Positions 16,141-26,794 of a DNA stretch of 64,000 bases are shown here, in pieces. Location of the stretch: sequence record OL960577.1, one strand, 5' to 3'. Position numbers and translations under genes: made by a program. Positions within the stretch are counted from its first letter, which is position 1. Each line of letters starts with the position of its first letter. Source of the DNA: Escherichia phage vB_EcoM_SA35RD. Under the pieces are notes generated by a model. That model searched no databases and was not told the DNA's origin. It saw only the letters and a program-made list of their open reading frames with translations.

Positions 16141-16590
16141 TTACCCCTTGTATCCGAGTTTTCTAAGACCATCTTCGGTTAGAACTCGAAATTTTATATT
16201 TCTCTTTTCAGCAACAGCTGAGGCAGCTTTCCATTTGTCACAGTTCACAGACCATGTGTAGATTTCATTCATATAACGTTTCTTAGCCGCAGTTGTAAGA
16301 TTCACCGGTTTAATAGGTGGCTGAGTTTCTTTCTTTGGTTTTATTTCTACAAAAAACTCTTGACCTGATGCATCTTTCATCCATATGTCCATATAGTATC
16401 GACGTTTTTTACCTTCAGCATTACAAAAATATGGAATTACTGCTGTTTCACTACCCCATGCAATAATTTCTGGATTTTTATCCAACCATTCGAAAAAGAA
16501 TTTTTCCCAGTTTGAACGATACGTTATTTTGGTATGGTCTCCACGGTATTTTTTTAAATTTTTTGGGACCCATTTACCAGAGTAGGCCAT
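16141..16590 (-). CDS. 4: head completion protein gp4
   Basis: Start at ATG 16590: [18 protein letters not shown]...[21 protein letters not shown] matches T4 gp4; SD AAGGAGGA; the longer track ORF would overlap the late promoter. Confidence 0.9.
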   Translation of the reverse strand: MAYSGKWVPKNLKKYRGDHTKITYRSNWEKFFFEWLDKNPEIIAWGSETAVIPYFCNAEGKKRRYYMDIWMKDASGQEFFVEIKPKKETQPPIKPVNLTTAAKKRYMNEIYTWSVNCDKWKAASAVAEKRNIKFRVLTEDGLRKLGYKG

Positions 16591-16592
16591 GT

Positions 16593-16600
16593 TGTCCTCC
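16593..16600 (+). promoter_or_regulatory. late promoter TATAAATA for gene 53
   Basis: Exact TATAAATA 52 nt upstream of the gene 53 start. Confidence 0.6.
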
Positions 16601-16616
16601 TTATAAATAGTATTAT

Positions 16617-16624
16617 TATTTATA
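16617..16624 (-). promoter_or_regulatory. late promoter TATAAATA for gene 4
   Basis: Exact TATAAATA on the minus strand 27 nt upstream of the gene 4 ATG; back-to-back with the gene 53 promoter. Confidence 0.6.
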
Positions 16625-16651
16625 CCAATTTCATATTGGAAGGAGACTATC

Positions 16652-17227
16652 TTGTTATTTACATTCTTCGACCCAATAGGATATAGTGCTAAAACAGTTG
16701 ATAAGAATGCACCTACTATTCCTATGACAGACATATTTCGTAACTATAAAGAGTACTTTAAGCGTGTTGCTGCCAATTATAGATTACGTTCTTATTATAT
16801 TAAAGGCTCTCCGCGTCCTGAAGAACTAGCGAATATCATTTATGGCAACCCTCAATTATACTGGGTCATTTTGATGTGTAATGACAACTATGATCCGTAT
16901 TATGGTTGGATTACATCTCAGGAAGCCGCGTATCAAGCTTCCATTCAGAAATATGCTAATGCAGGCGGCGACCAAGTTCTTTATCATATTAATGAAAATC
17001 GTGAGAAATTTTACAATTTGGTTTCATATCCGGACGAGCCTTTAGTGTGGTACGATAAAGGTGATGAAGCTCGTAAGTATCCGCAATATAAAGGACCTTT
17101 AGCTGCAGTAGATACTTATGAAGCGGCAGTATTAGATAATGAAAAACTTCGTAAAATAAAAATTGTTGCAAAAGAAGATATAAACTCGTTTATCACAGAT
17201 TTGATTCGTGAGATGGAGATTGCATAA
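16652..17227 (+). CDS. 53: baseplate wedge protein gp53
   Basis: MLFTFFDPIGYSAKTV... matches T4 gp53 from residue 1; initiator appears to be TTG at 16652 with SD AGGAG 6 nt upstream. Confidence 0.9.
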   Translation: MLFTFFDPIGYSAKTVDKNAPTIPMTDIFRNYKEYFKRVAANYRLRSYYIKGSPRPEELANIIYGNPQLYWVILMCNDNYDPYYGWITSQEAAYQASIQKYANAGGDQVLYHINENREKFYNLVSYPDEPLVWYDKGDEARKYPQYKGPLAAVDTYEAAVLDNEKLRKIKIVAKEDINSFITDLIREMEIA

Positions 17228-18960
17228 TGGAAATGATTAGCAGTAGCCTTAATTGGTTCGTGGGTGTTGTCGAGGACAGAATGGACCCGTTAAAACAAGG
17301 GCGAGTTCGAGTTCGAGTCGTTGGTCTTCATCCGGCCCAGAGAGCACAAGGTGACGTACAAGGTATTCCTACAGAAAAACTTCCATGGATGACTGTTATT
17401 CAACCTATTACGTCTGCATCAATGTCAGGTATTGGCGGTTCTGTTACAGGTCCTGTTGAAGGAACTCGAGTATATGGTCATTTCTTAGACAAATGGAAAA
17501 CAAACGGGATTGTACTTGGTACATACGGCGGAATCGTACGTGAAAAGCCTAATAGACTTGAAGGTTTTTCAGACCCGACGGGCCAGTATCCGCGACGTTT
17601 AGGTAATGATACGAACGTATTAAACCAAGGTGGTGAAGCTGGTTATTATTCGAACTCTAACGTAATTCAAGATAACAACTTAGATTATGGTATAAACCCA
17701 GACGATACAGATTTAGCAAATATTCCAGAAGATGACGACCCTAATTTTACAATAACAGAAATGTTACGTCGTGACGAAGGTCTTCGTGATAAAGTGTATT
17801 GGGACCATCTCGGGTATCCTACAGTAGGTATTGGACACCTTATCGTAATGGAAAAGACCCGAGATATGTCTCGAATTAATAAATTGTTATCTGATCAAGT
17901 AGGGCGTGAAGTAACAGGAAATCCGGGAACTATTACATTAGAAGAAGCAACAGCGTTATTTGAGAAGGACCTTGCTAAGATGCAGAAAGACATTCGTTCT
18001 AATTCTAAAGTAGGTCCTGTTTATGCTAAAATGAACAGATCTCGCCAAATGGCATTAGAAAACATGTGCTTCCAAATGGGCGTTGGTGGTGTAGCAAAAT
18101 TCAATACTATGCTTAAAGCAATGGCCGAAGGTGATTGGAAAACTGCATACAAATCTGGGCGCGATTCATTATGGTTCCAACAGACTAAAGGACGCGCTTC
18201 ACGTGTAACAACAATTATTTTAACCGGTAACATGGAATCATACGGTGTTCCTGTTAAAACACCGCCTTCACCAGGAGTTGGTGCCGATTTAGTTACTAGA
18301 AATACCGATCCAGAAGACCCGGCTGGTCCTCCTGTTCCATTAGATTCACGCATCCTTTTTAAAGAACCTGAATCAAGTTATCGTGGTGAGTATCCATATG
18401 TTCATGCTATGGAAACAGAAAGCGGTCATATCCAAGAATTTGACGATACTCCAGGTAATGAACGTTATCGCTTAGTTCATCCAACAGGGTCATATGAGGA
18501 AGTTTCTCCTTCTGGGCGTCGTACTCGTAAAACTGTAGAAGACCTTTTTGACATCACTAATGGCGATGGGAACTTTTTGATTTCTGGCGATAAGCTTGTT
18601 AACGTTGGTGCTAATGAAATATATTATAACATGGCAGACCGCCTCCATCAAATAGACGGCAATGACACAATCTTTATTCGTGGTAACCAATCTAAAACTG
18701 TTGAAGGCGATGGAACTCTTTACGTTAAGGGTGATATCAAAATAGTTGTTGACGGAAATGCAGATATTCTTGTTAAAGGTGATGCTAAAACTCAGGTCGA
18801 AGGGAATCATGATTACACCGTCAACGGAAACGTTAAATGGACTGTTAATGGTAATGTTGATATGACTGTTGCCGGGGATTGGGCAGAAACAATGTCTACA
18901 ATGAGCTCAGTAGCTTCAGGACAATACACTGTTGACGGATCTCGTATTGATATTGGGTAA
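17227..18960 (+). CDS. 5: baseplate hub / tail-associated lysozyme gp5
   Basis: 577 aa; internal lysozyme domain TEMLRRDEGLRDKVYWDHLGYPTVGIGHL; C-terminal VxGxxxxx beta-helix repeats. Confidence 0.95.
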   Translation: MEMISSSLNWFVGVVEDRMDPLKQGRVRVRVVGLHPAQRAQGDVQGIPTEKLPWMTVIQPITSASMSGIGGSVTGPVEGTRVYGHFLDKWKTNGIVLGTYGGIVREKPNRLEGFSDPTGQYPRRLGNDTNVLNQGGEAGYYSNSNVIQDNNLDYGINPDDTDLANIPEDDDPNFTITEMLRRDEGLRDKVYWDHLGYPTVGIGHLIVMEKTRDMSRINKLLSDQVGREVTGNPGTITLEEATALFEKDLAKMQKDIRSNSKVGPVYAKMNRSRQMALENMCFQMGVGGVAKFNTMLKAMAEGDWKTAYKSGRDSLWFQQTKGRASRVTTIILTGNMESYGVPVKTPPSPGVGADLVTRNTDPEDPAGPPVPLDSRILFKEPESSYRGEYPYVHAMETESGHIQEFDDTPGNERYRLVHPTGSYEEVSPSGRRTRKTVEDLFDITNGDGNFLISGDKLVNVGANEIYYNMADRLHQIDGNDTIFIRGNQSKTVEGDGTLYVKGDIKIVVDGNADILVKGDAKTQVEGNHDYTVNGNVKWTVNGNVDMTVAGDWAETMSTMSSVASGQYTVDGSRIDIG

Positions 18961-18963
18961 TAT

Positions 18964-19479
18964 ATGGCACAAATACTTCCTTTAAATACCGACTTAGGAG
19001 AAGACATGGAAGGGGCGTCTATTGAGGTCCTTTTTACTCCACAGTTAGAAACAACCGAAACTTTAGTGTCAATAAATATAACAGATTATGAACCGACACA
19101 AGGCATTACGGTAGATGGTAATCGTTTATATGGAACATATGAAAGTGTGTTTAGCTTTTCTTCGGATGCATTGAAATACCGATTAAATGATGATTTTGAA
19201 ACCGCATCTTCATGGGATGATTTACCAAAAGATGAATCCACACAGTTATATTTGTGGAGAGCTCCTCAGAATCTTCGTAAAGTGTTTAGTTATACGGTTG
19301 AAATGATTTATAACCACCAAGAAGAAAGTTCATCAGGCGGTTCTAGAAGTGACTCTGGTACAGAACCTCCACCGGCTCCAGTACAAAAAACTCTTACTAA
19401 GGTTTATACAAAAACTATAGTAGGAAATTGGAGCAAATGGGCTCATCAATTACGAAACTATGTTTATGTGAGGCCGTGA
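18964..19479 (+). CDS. 5.1: gp5.1-like protein
   Basis: 171 aa ORF between genes 5 and 5.4. Confidence 0.65.
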   Translation: MAQILPLNTDLGEDMEGASIEVLFTPQLETTETLVSINITDYEPTQGITVDGNRLYGTYESVFSFSSDALKYRLNDDFETASSWDDLPKDESTQLYLWRAPQNLRKVFSYTVEMIYNHQEESSSGGSRSDSGTEPPPAPVQKTLTKVYTKTIVGNWSKWAHQLRNYVYVRP

Positions 19480-19481
19480 AA

Positions 19482-19775
19482 ATGTCTGGCTTAAGTTACG
19501 ACAAGTGCGTTACAGCAGGTCATGAAGCATGGCCTCCTACTGTAATAAATGCTTCTCAATCTAAAGTGTTCACCGGCGGTATTCCTGTTCTTGTGGCAGG
19601 AGACCAAATAACACCTCATACAGAAATTAAAAAACCATACGAGACTCATGGAGGTGTTACTGAACCTCGTACATCTAAAGTATACGTCACCGGTAAAAAG
19701 GCCGTTCAAATGGCTGACCCAATTTCATGCGGGGATACTGTTTCTCAGGCCTCGTCAAAAGTCTTTATCAAATAG
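19482..19775 (+). CDS. 5.4: PAAR-repeat spike tip protein gp5.4
   Basis: [33 protein letters not shown]... near-identical to T4 gp5.4; ATG at 19482. Confidence 0.85.
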   Translation: MSGLSYDKCVTAGHEAWPPTVINASQSKVFTGGIPVLVAGDQITPHTEIKKPYETHGGVTEPRTSKVYVTGKKAVQMADPISCGDTVSQASSKVFIK

Positions 19776-19783
19776 GAATTAAA

Positions 19784-21757
19784 ATGGCAAACACTCCTGT
19801 AAATTATCAATTAACCCGAACAGCGAATGCTATTCCCGAGATTTTTATCGGGGGCACATTTGCCGAAATCAAACAGAATATTATCGAATGGCTTAATGGG
19901 CAGAATGAATTTCTTGATTATGATTTTGAAGGTTCACGCTTAAACGTATTGTGCGACCTTTTAGCATATAACACTCTTTACATCCAACAGTTTAGTAATA
20001 GTGCAGTGTATGAAAGTTTTATGCGTACTGCAAACTTGCGTAGTTCTGTTGTACAAGCGGCTCAAGATAACGGATATCTGCCTTCATCTAAATCAGCAGC
20101 ACAAACAGAAATTATGCTCACATGTACGGATGCATTAAATAGAAACTATATCACCATTCCACGTGGCACTCGTTTCTTAGCATACGCTAAAGATACTTCT
20201 GTTAACCCGTATAACTTTGTTTCTACTGAAGATGTCATTGTAGTTAAAGACAAAAATAACCAATATTTTCCACGTCTTCGATTAGCTCAAGGACGTATTG
20301 TTCGCACTGAATTAACATTTGATAAATTAAAACCTATCATTATTCGTGATAAGAATATTGACCGTAATTTGGTTAAGTTGTATGTTGACGGAGCAGAATG
20401 GATTAACTGGACTCGTAAGTCGATGGTTCACGCTGGTTCTACGTCAACAATCTATTATATGCGTGAAACAGTTGACGGGAACACCGAATTTTATTTTGGT
20501 GAGGGCGAAATCTCTATTAACACATCAGAAGGTGCGTTAACATCTAACTATATTGGTGGCCTTAAACCTGTTCAGGGTTCTAAAATCGTAATTGAGTATA
20601 TTTCTACTAATGGTGCAGATGCTAACGGAGCTGTAGGATTTTCTTATGCTGATACATTAGCTAATATCACGGTAATCGATATTAACGAGAACCCTAGCAA
20701 TAACCCAGACTTTGTTGGGGCCGACGGTGGTGGTGACCCTGAAGATATTGAACGTATCCGCGAATTAGGCACAATTAAACGCGAAACTCAACAACGTTGT
20801 GTAACCGCTTCCGACTATGACACATTCGTCTCTGAGCGGTTTGGTTCTATTATTCAAGCGGTTCAAACATTCACAGATTCATCTAAACCCGGGTACGCAT
20901 ATATTGCTGCTAAGCCTAAATCTGGATTGTATTTGACTTCTGTCCAACGTGATGATATCAAAAACTATTTGAATGATTATAACTTAGGGACTATTACACC
21001 TGTTGTTATTTCGCCTGATTATTTGTTTATCAAAATGAATATCAAAGTTACATATGCTTTGAATAAGCTTCAAGAATCAGAGCAATACCTTGAAGGGCAG
21101 ATTATTAATAAAATAGACCGTTATTATATTGAAGATGTAGAAATTTTTAACTCATCGTTTGCAAAATCTAAAATGCTAACTTATGTCGATGATGCAGATA
21201 TTTCTATTATTGGTTCTTCAGCTACTATTCAAATGGTTCGCGAAGTACAAAACTTCTATAAAACGCCTGAGGCCGGTATTAAATACAATAATCAGATTAA
21301 AGATAGATCGATGGAATCTAATATATTCTCGTTTGATTCACACAGACCTAATCCAGAAAATGCAAATGAAACTATTAAATACGGTGTTCGCATAGTATCT
21401 TCTGACCGTAATGACCGTGGCATAGGTCAAGTTATTATTGGACCATTTGCAGACGGTGATGTTGTTGAAAACGAAAATATACAACCTTATACAGGTAATG
21501 ATTTTAATAAACTTACTGTTACTGACGGACGAAACAAATACTATTCAATTGGTGAAGTGAATTATCCTGCCGATTCGATTTATTGGAACATTGCTAAAAT
21601 TGACCTCACTTCGGATCGTTTTGAAGTTCAAACAATTGAACTTTATTCCGACCCTGCAGATGATATTATTTTTACAAAGGATGGTTCTTTAATCGTATTC
21701 GAAAATGACTTACGTCCTCAGTACTTAACTATAGATTTGGAGCCTATTTCACAATGA
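19784..21757 (+). CDS. 6: baseplate wedge protein gp6
   Basis: Start at 19784 (MANTPVNYQLTRTANAIPEIF...) matches the T4 gp6 N-terminus. Confidence 0.9.
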   Translation: MANTPVNYQLTRTANAIPEIFIGGTFAEIKQNIIEWLNGQNEFLDYDFEGSRLNVLCDLLAYNTLYIQQFSNSAVYESFMRTANLRSSVVQAAQDNGYLPSSKSAAQTEIMLTCTDALNRNYITIPRGTRFLAYAKDTSVNPYNFVSTEDVIVVKDKNNQYFPRLRLAQGRIVRTELTFDKLKPIIIRDKNIDRNLVKLYVDGAEWINWTRKSMVHAGSTSTIYYMRETVDGNTEFYFGEGEISINTSEGALTSNYIGGLKPVQGSKIVIEYISTNGADANGAVGFSYADTLANITVIDINENPSNNPDFVGADGGGDPEDIERIRELGTIKRETQQRCVTASDYDTFVSERFGSIIQAVQTFTDSSKPGYAYIAAKPKSGLYLTSVQRDDIKNYLNDYNLGTITPVVISPDYLFIKMNIKVTYALNKLQESEQYLEGQIINKIDRYYIEDVEIFNSSFAKSKMLTYVDDADISIIGSSATIQMVREVQNFYKTPEAGIKYNNQIKDRSMESNIFSFDSHRPNPENANETIKYGVRIVSSDRNDRGIGQVIIGPFADGDVVENENIQPYTGNDFNKLTVTDGRNKYYSIGEVNYPADSIYWNIAKIDLTSDRFEVQTIELYSDPADDIIFTKDGSLIVFENDLRPQYLTIDLEPISQ

Positions 21758-24700
21758 CAGTAAAAGCGCCAGCAGTCACAAGTCTCAGAATATCCAAGTT
21801 GTCCGCTAACCAAGTTCAAATACGCTGGGATGACGTTGGTGCTAATTTCTACTATTTCGTAGAAATCGCTGAGACTAAAACGGCAGACGGGGAAATAATT
21901 CCCCCTGCCAGCTACAGATGGATAAATTTAGGATATACTCCTGATAGCAACTGGTTCGAAAGTAGCTTAGACCCATTAACTTCTTATATTATTCGTGTAT
22001 CAACTGCCGCTGAAGGCTTTGAGAGATCTGATTGGGTATATACCGAAATATTTGAATCATTTCAGACTAACGCGTATACATTTCAACATATGATTGAAAT
22101 GCAATTGGCTAACACTTTTATTAGAGAAAAATTTACAAATAACAACATGGCTTATGTCGATTTTAATAACGACACTATAATGGCAGCTCTAATGAATGAA
22201 TCGTTCCAATTTAGCCCTGCTTATGCGGATATTTCATCTATTAAAAATTTCATTATTGGCGAAAATGAGTATCATGAAATTCAAGGTTCGATTCAACAGG
22301 TGTGTCATGATATAAACCGTGTTTATTTGATGGAATCCGAAGGAATTCTTTATTTGTTTGAACGGTATCAGCCTGTGGTTAAAGTCTCTAATGATAAGGG
22401 ACAAACCTGGAAATCGGTTAAATTGTTTAATGACCGTGTAGGGTACCCTGTATCAAGAACAGTGTATTACCAGACAGGTTATACCACGTATGTTCTTGGG
22501 TATGATAAATTATTTTACGGCCGTAAATCAACTGACGTTCGTTGGTCTGCTGATGATGTGAGATTTAGTTCTCAAGATATAACATTTGCTAAAATTGGTG
22601 ACCAGTTAAATTTAGGATTTGATGTAGAAATATTTGGTAACTATGCATCATTACCTGCTAACGTATCACGTATTGCAGAAGCTATCGTTTGCAATGACGA
22701 TTATGTATACGTTGCTGCTCGAGATAAAGTTCGTTTTATTAAAACTAGTAATGCCCCTATTGATTCAGACCCGTTATCTCCGACATATTCCGAACGTTTG
22801 TTTGAACAAGAAACATTTAACATCACAGGTAACCCTAAGGCAGTTTGCTATAAAATGGATTCTGTCGGTGGTAAAATATTTGCACTGATTATTGGTGAAG
22901 TTGTTAATCTTAATGACGACCCGAGGACCACTCCTATTGTCGATTCTGCTGATAAGGGTGTTTACGTTCTAGACCATGATGCTGGCACATTTAAACGTGT
23001 GTTTGGTAATACTGAAGAAGAACGCCGTCGTATTGAACCTGGGTACACCAGTATGTCTACTGATGGTGTTGAGTTATCTATTTCATCTAGTAATTTTAAA
23101 TTTCTAGAATCGGATATTGTTGATGACCCGAAAACACAAATCAAGTACGGTTTAATCGGTGCTGTTAAATATGAGTATCCTCGCGAATGGTTGGCTGATA
23201 AACATTATCATATGATGGCATTTATTTCAACTGAAGACTCTCAATGGGAATCGTTCACTCCTCAACCGATGGAATACTATGCTGAGCCATTCTTTAGTTA
23301 TTCTAGAAAGTCTGGTACTCGATGTTGGATTAATAACTCAGACAAGGCCGTTGTAATTTATTCTGATTTACTTTACACTAAGGTTATTGAGAATCATCCA
23401 CTTAGTTCTTCAGACCGTGAAGTTCATGAATATTGGAAGGACGGCGACTGTACAATAGTGATGCCTAACGTAGATTTCACCGGATTTAAAAAATATGCAT
23501 CTGGCATGATTTTCTATAAAGCATCAGGTGAGATTATTTCTTATTATGATTTTAGTTACCGTGTTAGAGATAATGTTTCTATAATTTGGAAGCCTACTAA
23601 TATATTCTTAACAGCATCGTTACAAAACCAAGAAAAAGATACCACATGGACTCCTGTAGAAGAGAACGGTATTGCAGACCCAGATTTACGACCATTGCTC
23701 ACTACAATGATGCCAGAGTCTTATCTTTTAGATAATACAAACTTCGAAGCATTCTGCGAGGCTTATATTCAGTATCTTTCTGACGGTTATGGGACCCATT
23801 ATAACAACCTTTTGAATCTTATTAAAAATCAGTATCCGCGCGAAGAACATGCGTGGGAATATTTATGGTCTGAGATTTATAAACGAAACATTTACTTAAA
23901 CGCCGAAAAACGCGATTTAGTGTCTCGTTTCTTTGAATCAAGAAGTTATGACTTCTATTCAACTAAAGGAACTGAAGCATCGTATAAATTCTTGTTTAAA
24001 GTGCTTTATAACGAAGATGTTGAAATTGAAATTGAATCTAGTTCCGGGACCGAATATGATATCATCATTGAATCTGATTCGTTGACAGAAGATTTGGTCG
24101 GACAAACCATATACACCGCGACAGGACGTTGTAATGTGACGTATATCGAGAGAAGTTACTCTAAAGGTAAATTACAATGGACTGTAACAATTCACAACCT
24201 CTTAGGTCGTTTAATCCAAGGACAGGAAGTTAAAGCTGAAAGACTCCCTGGTTTTGAAGGTGAAATTGTTCGTGGTATTAAAGGTAAAGAGCTTTCTCAG
24301 AACAACATCGATTACATAAATCGTGGTAGAGCATACTACGTAATGAAGATTAAATCTAAACTTCCATCATCTCGTTGGAAATCAGACGTATTACGTTTTG
24401 TTCATCCGGTTGGATTTGGATTTATCGCAATTACCCTTCTCACAATGTTTATTAACACCGGATTAACACTTAAACATGTTGAAACCATTATTAATAAATA
24501 CAAAAACTATAAGTGGGATTCTGGATTACCGACTAAATATGCAGACCGAGTGGCTAAATTAGACCCACAAGGAAATGTTGAGTTTGACCCTATTACAGGT
24601 AAAGCGATATATGAAATAGGCCCTATGGCTGGTCAAGATTATCCATTGCCTGAAGATTATAATGCTGAAAACAATAACTCCATATTTCAAGGTCAACTTC

Positions 24701-24852
24701 CATCGGAACGACGTAAACTGATGAGCCCATTATTTGATGCGTCCGGAACAACATTCTCTAGATTTAGAGATTTGGTTGAACAACGGTTAATCGATAATGT
24801 AGGAAATCCAAGAGACCCCGTGAATCCACCACAGGTTAAATTAGATGAATGA
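21754..24852 (+). CDS. 7: baseplate wedge initiator gp7
   Basis: 1032 aa, the same length as T4 gp7; ATGA overlap with gene 6. Confidence 0.9.
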   Translation: MTVKAPAVTSLRISKLSANQVQIRWDDVGANFYYFVEIAETKTADGEIIPPASYRWINLGYTPDSNWFESSLDPLTSYIIRVSTAAEGFERSDWVYTEIFESFQTNAYTFQHMIEMQLANTFIREKFTNNNMAYVDFNNDTIMAALMNESFQFSPAYADISSIKNFIIGENEYHEIQGSIQQVCHDINRVYLMESEGILYLFERYQPVVKVSNDKGQTWKSVKLFNDRVGYPVSRTVYYQTGYTTYVLGYDKLFYGRKSTDVRWSADDVRFSSQDITFAKIGDQLNLGFDVEIFGNYASLPANVSRIAEAIVCNDDYVYVAARDKVRFIKTSNAPIDSDPLSPTYSERLFEQETFNITGNPKAVCYKMDSVGGKIFALIIGEVVNLNDDPRTTPIVDSADKGVYVLDHDAGTFKRVFGNTEEERRRIEPGYTSMSTDGVELSISSSNFKFLESDIVDDPKTQIKYGLIGAVKYEYPREWLADKHYHMMAFISTEDSQWESFTPQPMEYYAEPFFSYSRKSGTRCWINNSDKAVVIYSDLLYTKVIENHPLSSSDREVHEYWKDGDCTIVMPNVDFTGFKKYASGMIFYKASGEIISYYDFSYRVRDNVSIIWKPTNIFLTASLQNQEKDTTWTPVEENGIADPDLRPLLTTMMPESYLLDNTNFEAFCEAYIQYLSDGYGTHYNNLLNLIKNQYPREEHAWEYLWSEIYKRNIYLNAEKRDLVSRFFESRSYDFYSTKGTEASYKFLFKVLYNEDVEIEIESSSGTEYDIIIESDSLTEDLVGQTIYTATGRCNVTYIERSYSKGKLQWTVTIHNLLGRLIQGQEVKAERLPGFEGEIVRGIKGKELSQNNIDYINRGRAYYVMKIKSKLPSSRWKSDVLRFVHPVGFGFIAITLLTMFINTGLTLKHVETIINKYKNYKWDSGLPTKYADRVAKLDPQGNVEFDPITGKAIYEIGPMAGQDYPLPEDYNAENNNSIFQGQLPSERRKLMSPLFDASGTTFSRFRDLVEQRLIDNVGNPRDPVNPPQVKLDE

Positions 24853-25849
24853 TTCAAGTGTTATCTATCGTGCAATAGTTACATCAAAATTTAGAACAGA
24901 GAAAATGCTGAATTTTTATAATTCAGTTGGGGATGGAGATGATAAGAACTCCATTTATATTACGTTTGGACGTTCAGAGCCTTGGGCGTCAAATGAAAAT
25001 GAGGTGGGCTTCGCCCCACCTTATCCTACAGATTCTGTTCTTGGTGTTACCGATATGTGGACCCATATGATGGGTACCGTTAAAGTTTTACCTTCAATGT
25101 TAGATTCTGTTATTCCTAGACGTGATTGGGGAGATGTACGATATCCAGACCCTTACACGTTTAGAATTAACGATATAGTCGCATGTAATACTGCTCCGTA
25201 CAACGCGACAGAAGTTGGAGCCGGTTGGTTAATTTACCGTTGTTTAGATGTCCCTGACGTAGGGCTCTGTTCAATAGAATCTTTAGATAATAAAGATGAA
25301 TGTCTTAAATTAGGTGGTAAATGGACTCCGTCTGTTCGTTCTATGTCTCCTCCTGAAGGCAGAGGCGATGCTAATGGGGTTATCGAAACCGGTGATGGAT
25401 ATATTTGGGAATATCTTTATGAGATTCCTGCCGATGTGTCAATTAACCGTTGCACTAATGAATATCTTGTAGTTCCATGGCCGGAAGAAATTAAAGAAGA
25501 CCCCACCCGTTGGGGATATGAAAATAACTTAACTTGGCAACAAGACGACTACGGCTTGATTTATCGTGTTAAAGCTAATACAATGCGGTTTAAAGCATAT
25601 TTTGATTCTGTTTATTTCCCTGAGGCAGCTTTGCCAGGTAACAAGGGTTTTAGACAGATATCAATTATCGCAAACCCATTAGAAGCTAAGAAAAATCCAA
25701 ATGACCCTAATGTTAAAGCAGAAAAGGATTATTACGACCCTAGAGACCTGCAACGTCATTCTGGTGAAATGATTTATATGGAAAACCGACCACCTGTTAT
25801 TATGGCAATGGACCAAACAGAAGAAATTAACATTTTGTTTATGTTTTAA
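24845..25849 (+). CDS. 8: baseplate wedge protein gp8
   Basis: 334 aa as in T4 gp8; followed by terminator 25852..25876. Confidence 0.9.
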   Translation: MNDSSVIYRAIVTSKFRTEKMLNFYNSVGDGDDKNSIYITFGRSEPWASNENEVGFAPPYPTDSVLGVTDMWTHMMGTVKVLPSMLDSVIPRRDWGDVRYPDPYTFRINDIVACNTAPYNATEVGAGWLIYRCLDVPDVGLCSIESLDNKDECLKLGGKWTPSVRSMSPPEGRGDANGVIETGDGYIWEYLYEIPADVSINRCTNEYLVVPWPEEIKEDPTRWGYENNLTWQQDDYGLIYRVKANTMRFKAYFDSVYFPEAALPGNKGFRQISIIANPLEAKKNPNDPNVKAEKDYYDPRDLQRHSGEMIYMENRPPVIMAMDQTEEINILFMF

Positions 25850-25851
25850 TT

Positions 25852-25876
25852 AGGGAGCCTTCGGGCTCCCATTTTT
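25852..25876 (+). terminator. rho-independent terminator after gene 8
   Basis: GGGAGCC-TTCG-GGCTCCC hairpin followed by ATTTTTG. Confidence 0.7.
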
Positions 25877-25880
25877 GTAT

Positions 25881-25888
25881 CTATAAAT
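25881..25888 (+). promoter_or_regulatory. late promoter TATAAATA for gene 9
   Basis: Exact match directly after the gene 8 terminator, 34 nt upstream of the ATG. Confidence 0.7.
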
Positions 25889-25921
25889 AGAATATAATAT
25901 CGGACAACAAAAGGCAGAATT

Positions 25922-26794
25922 ATGGCATTTTTTAAGCAAACTCCTAAACAATTAATCGATACCGGCGAAATTGGTAATGCCTCAACAGGTGATATCTTAT
26001 TCGACGGTGGTAATAAAATAAATGACGATATCAACGCTATTTACAATGCATTTGGCGATCAACGTAAAATGGCTGTAGCAGATGGAACCGGACCTACAGG
26101 TCAAACTATTCATGCCACAGGTTATTATCAAAAAGGAAAGGCGGCCGATTATCAAACTCCTATTAAACCAGGCACCATGCATGATATTGATGCTTCTGAT
26201 GGTGGTGTGATTGTTATTATTGACCGTCCTGAATTAGGTGACTCTGTAGAATTCATAAACTCTAATGGGTCTATTTCTGTTAACAATCCTTTAAGTATCC
26301 AAGTAACCGATGGTTCGATTAAAGGTGTTCTTAATAATCTTGTTATTTCCACCCCTTATACCCATGTTGTTCTTCGTTGTGTTGAACTTAATGGGCCAAC
26401 TTCAGTATGGAATTATTCTACTGATAGCATGTTTGGGCAGAAAGAATCTCCTGTTGATGGGACTTGGAGTCTTACAGGAAACACAGTTTCTATTCCTCTG
26501 TTTTATCGCACAGATTATAACATGGCTAAATTGCTTGTTACATGTCAATCCGCCGACGGTAGAAAAATAAAAACATGCGAAATAAATATTCTAATAGATA
26601 CAATTAACTCAGAAGTTCTTTCTACCGAATTTGCAGTAATGCGAGTTGGTAATGTAGATGAAACCGACGAGATTGCTAATATTAGCTTTAGTATTATTAA
26701 CAACTTTGCTACTATGACGATTACATCCGATATTATTGGATTACGTTCGGCAGTTAAAATTATCTCAACTCAGAAAATTGGGGTCGCTCAATAA
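25922..26794 (+). CDS. 9: baseplate wedge / long-tail-fibre socket gp9
   Basis: 290 aa; LIDTGEIGNASTGDILFDGGNKIN...KLLVTCQS.DGRKIKT.EINIL matches T4 gp9; late promoter upstream. Confidence 0.9.
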   Translation: MAFFKQTPKQLIDTGEIGNASTGDILFDGGNKINDDINAIYNAFGDQRKMAVADGTGPTGQTIHATGYYQKGKAADYQTPIKPGTMHDIDASDGGVIVIIDRPELGDSVEFINSNGSISVNNPLSIQVTDGSIKGVLNNLVISTPYTHVVLRCVELNGPTSVWNYSTDSMFGQKESPVDGTWSLTGNTVSIPLFYRTDYNMAKLLVTCQSADGRKIKTCEINILIDTINSEVLSTEFAVMRVGNVDETDEIANISFSIINNFATMTITSDIIGLRSAVKIISTQKIGVAQ

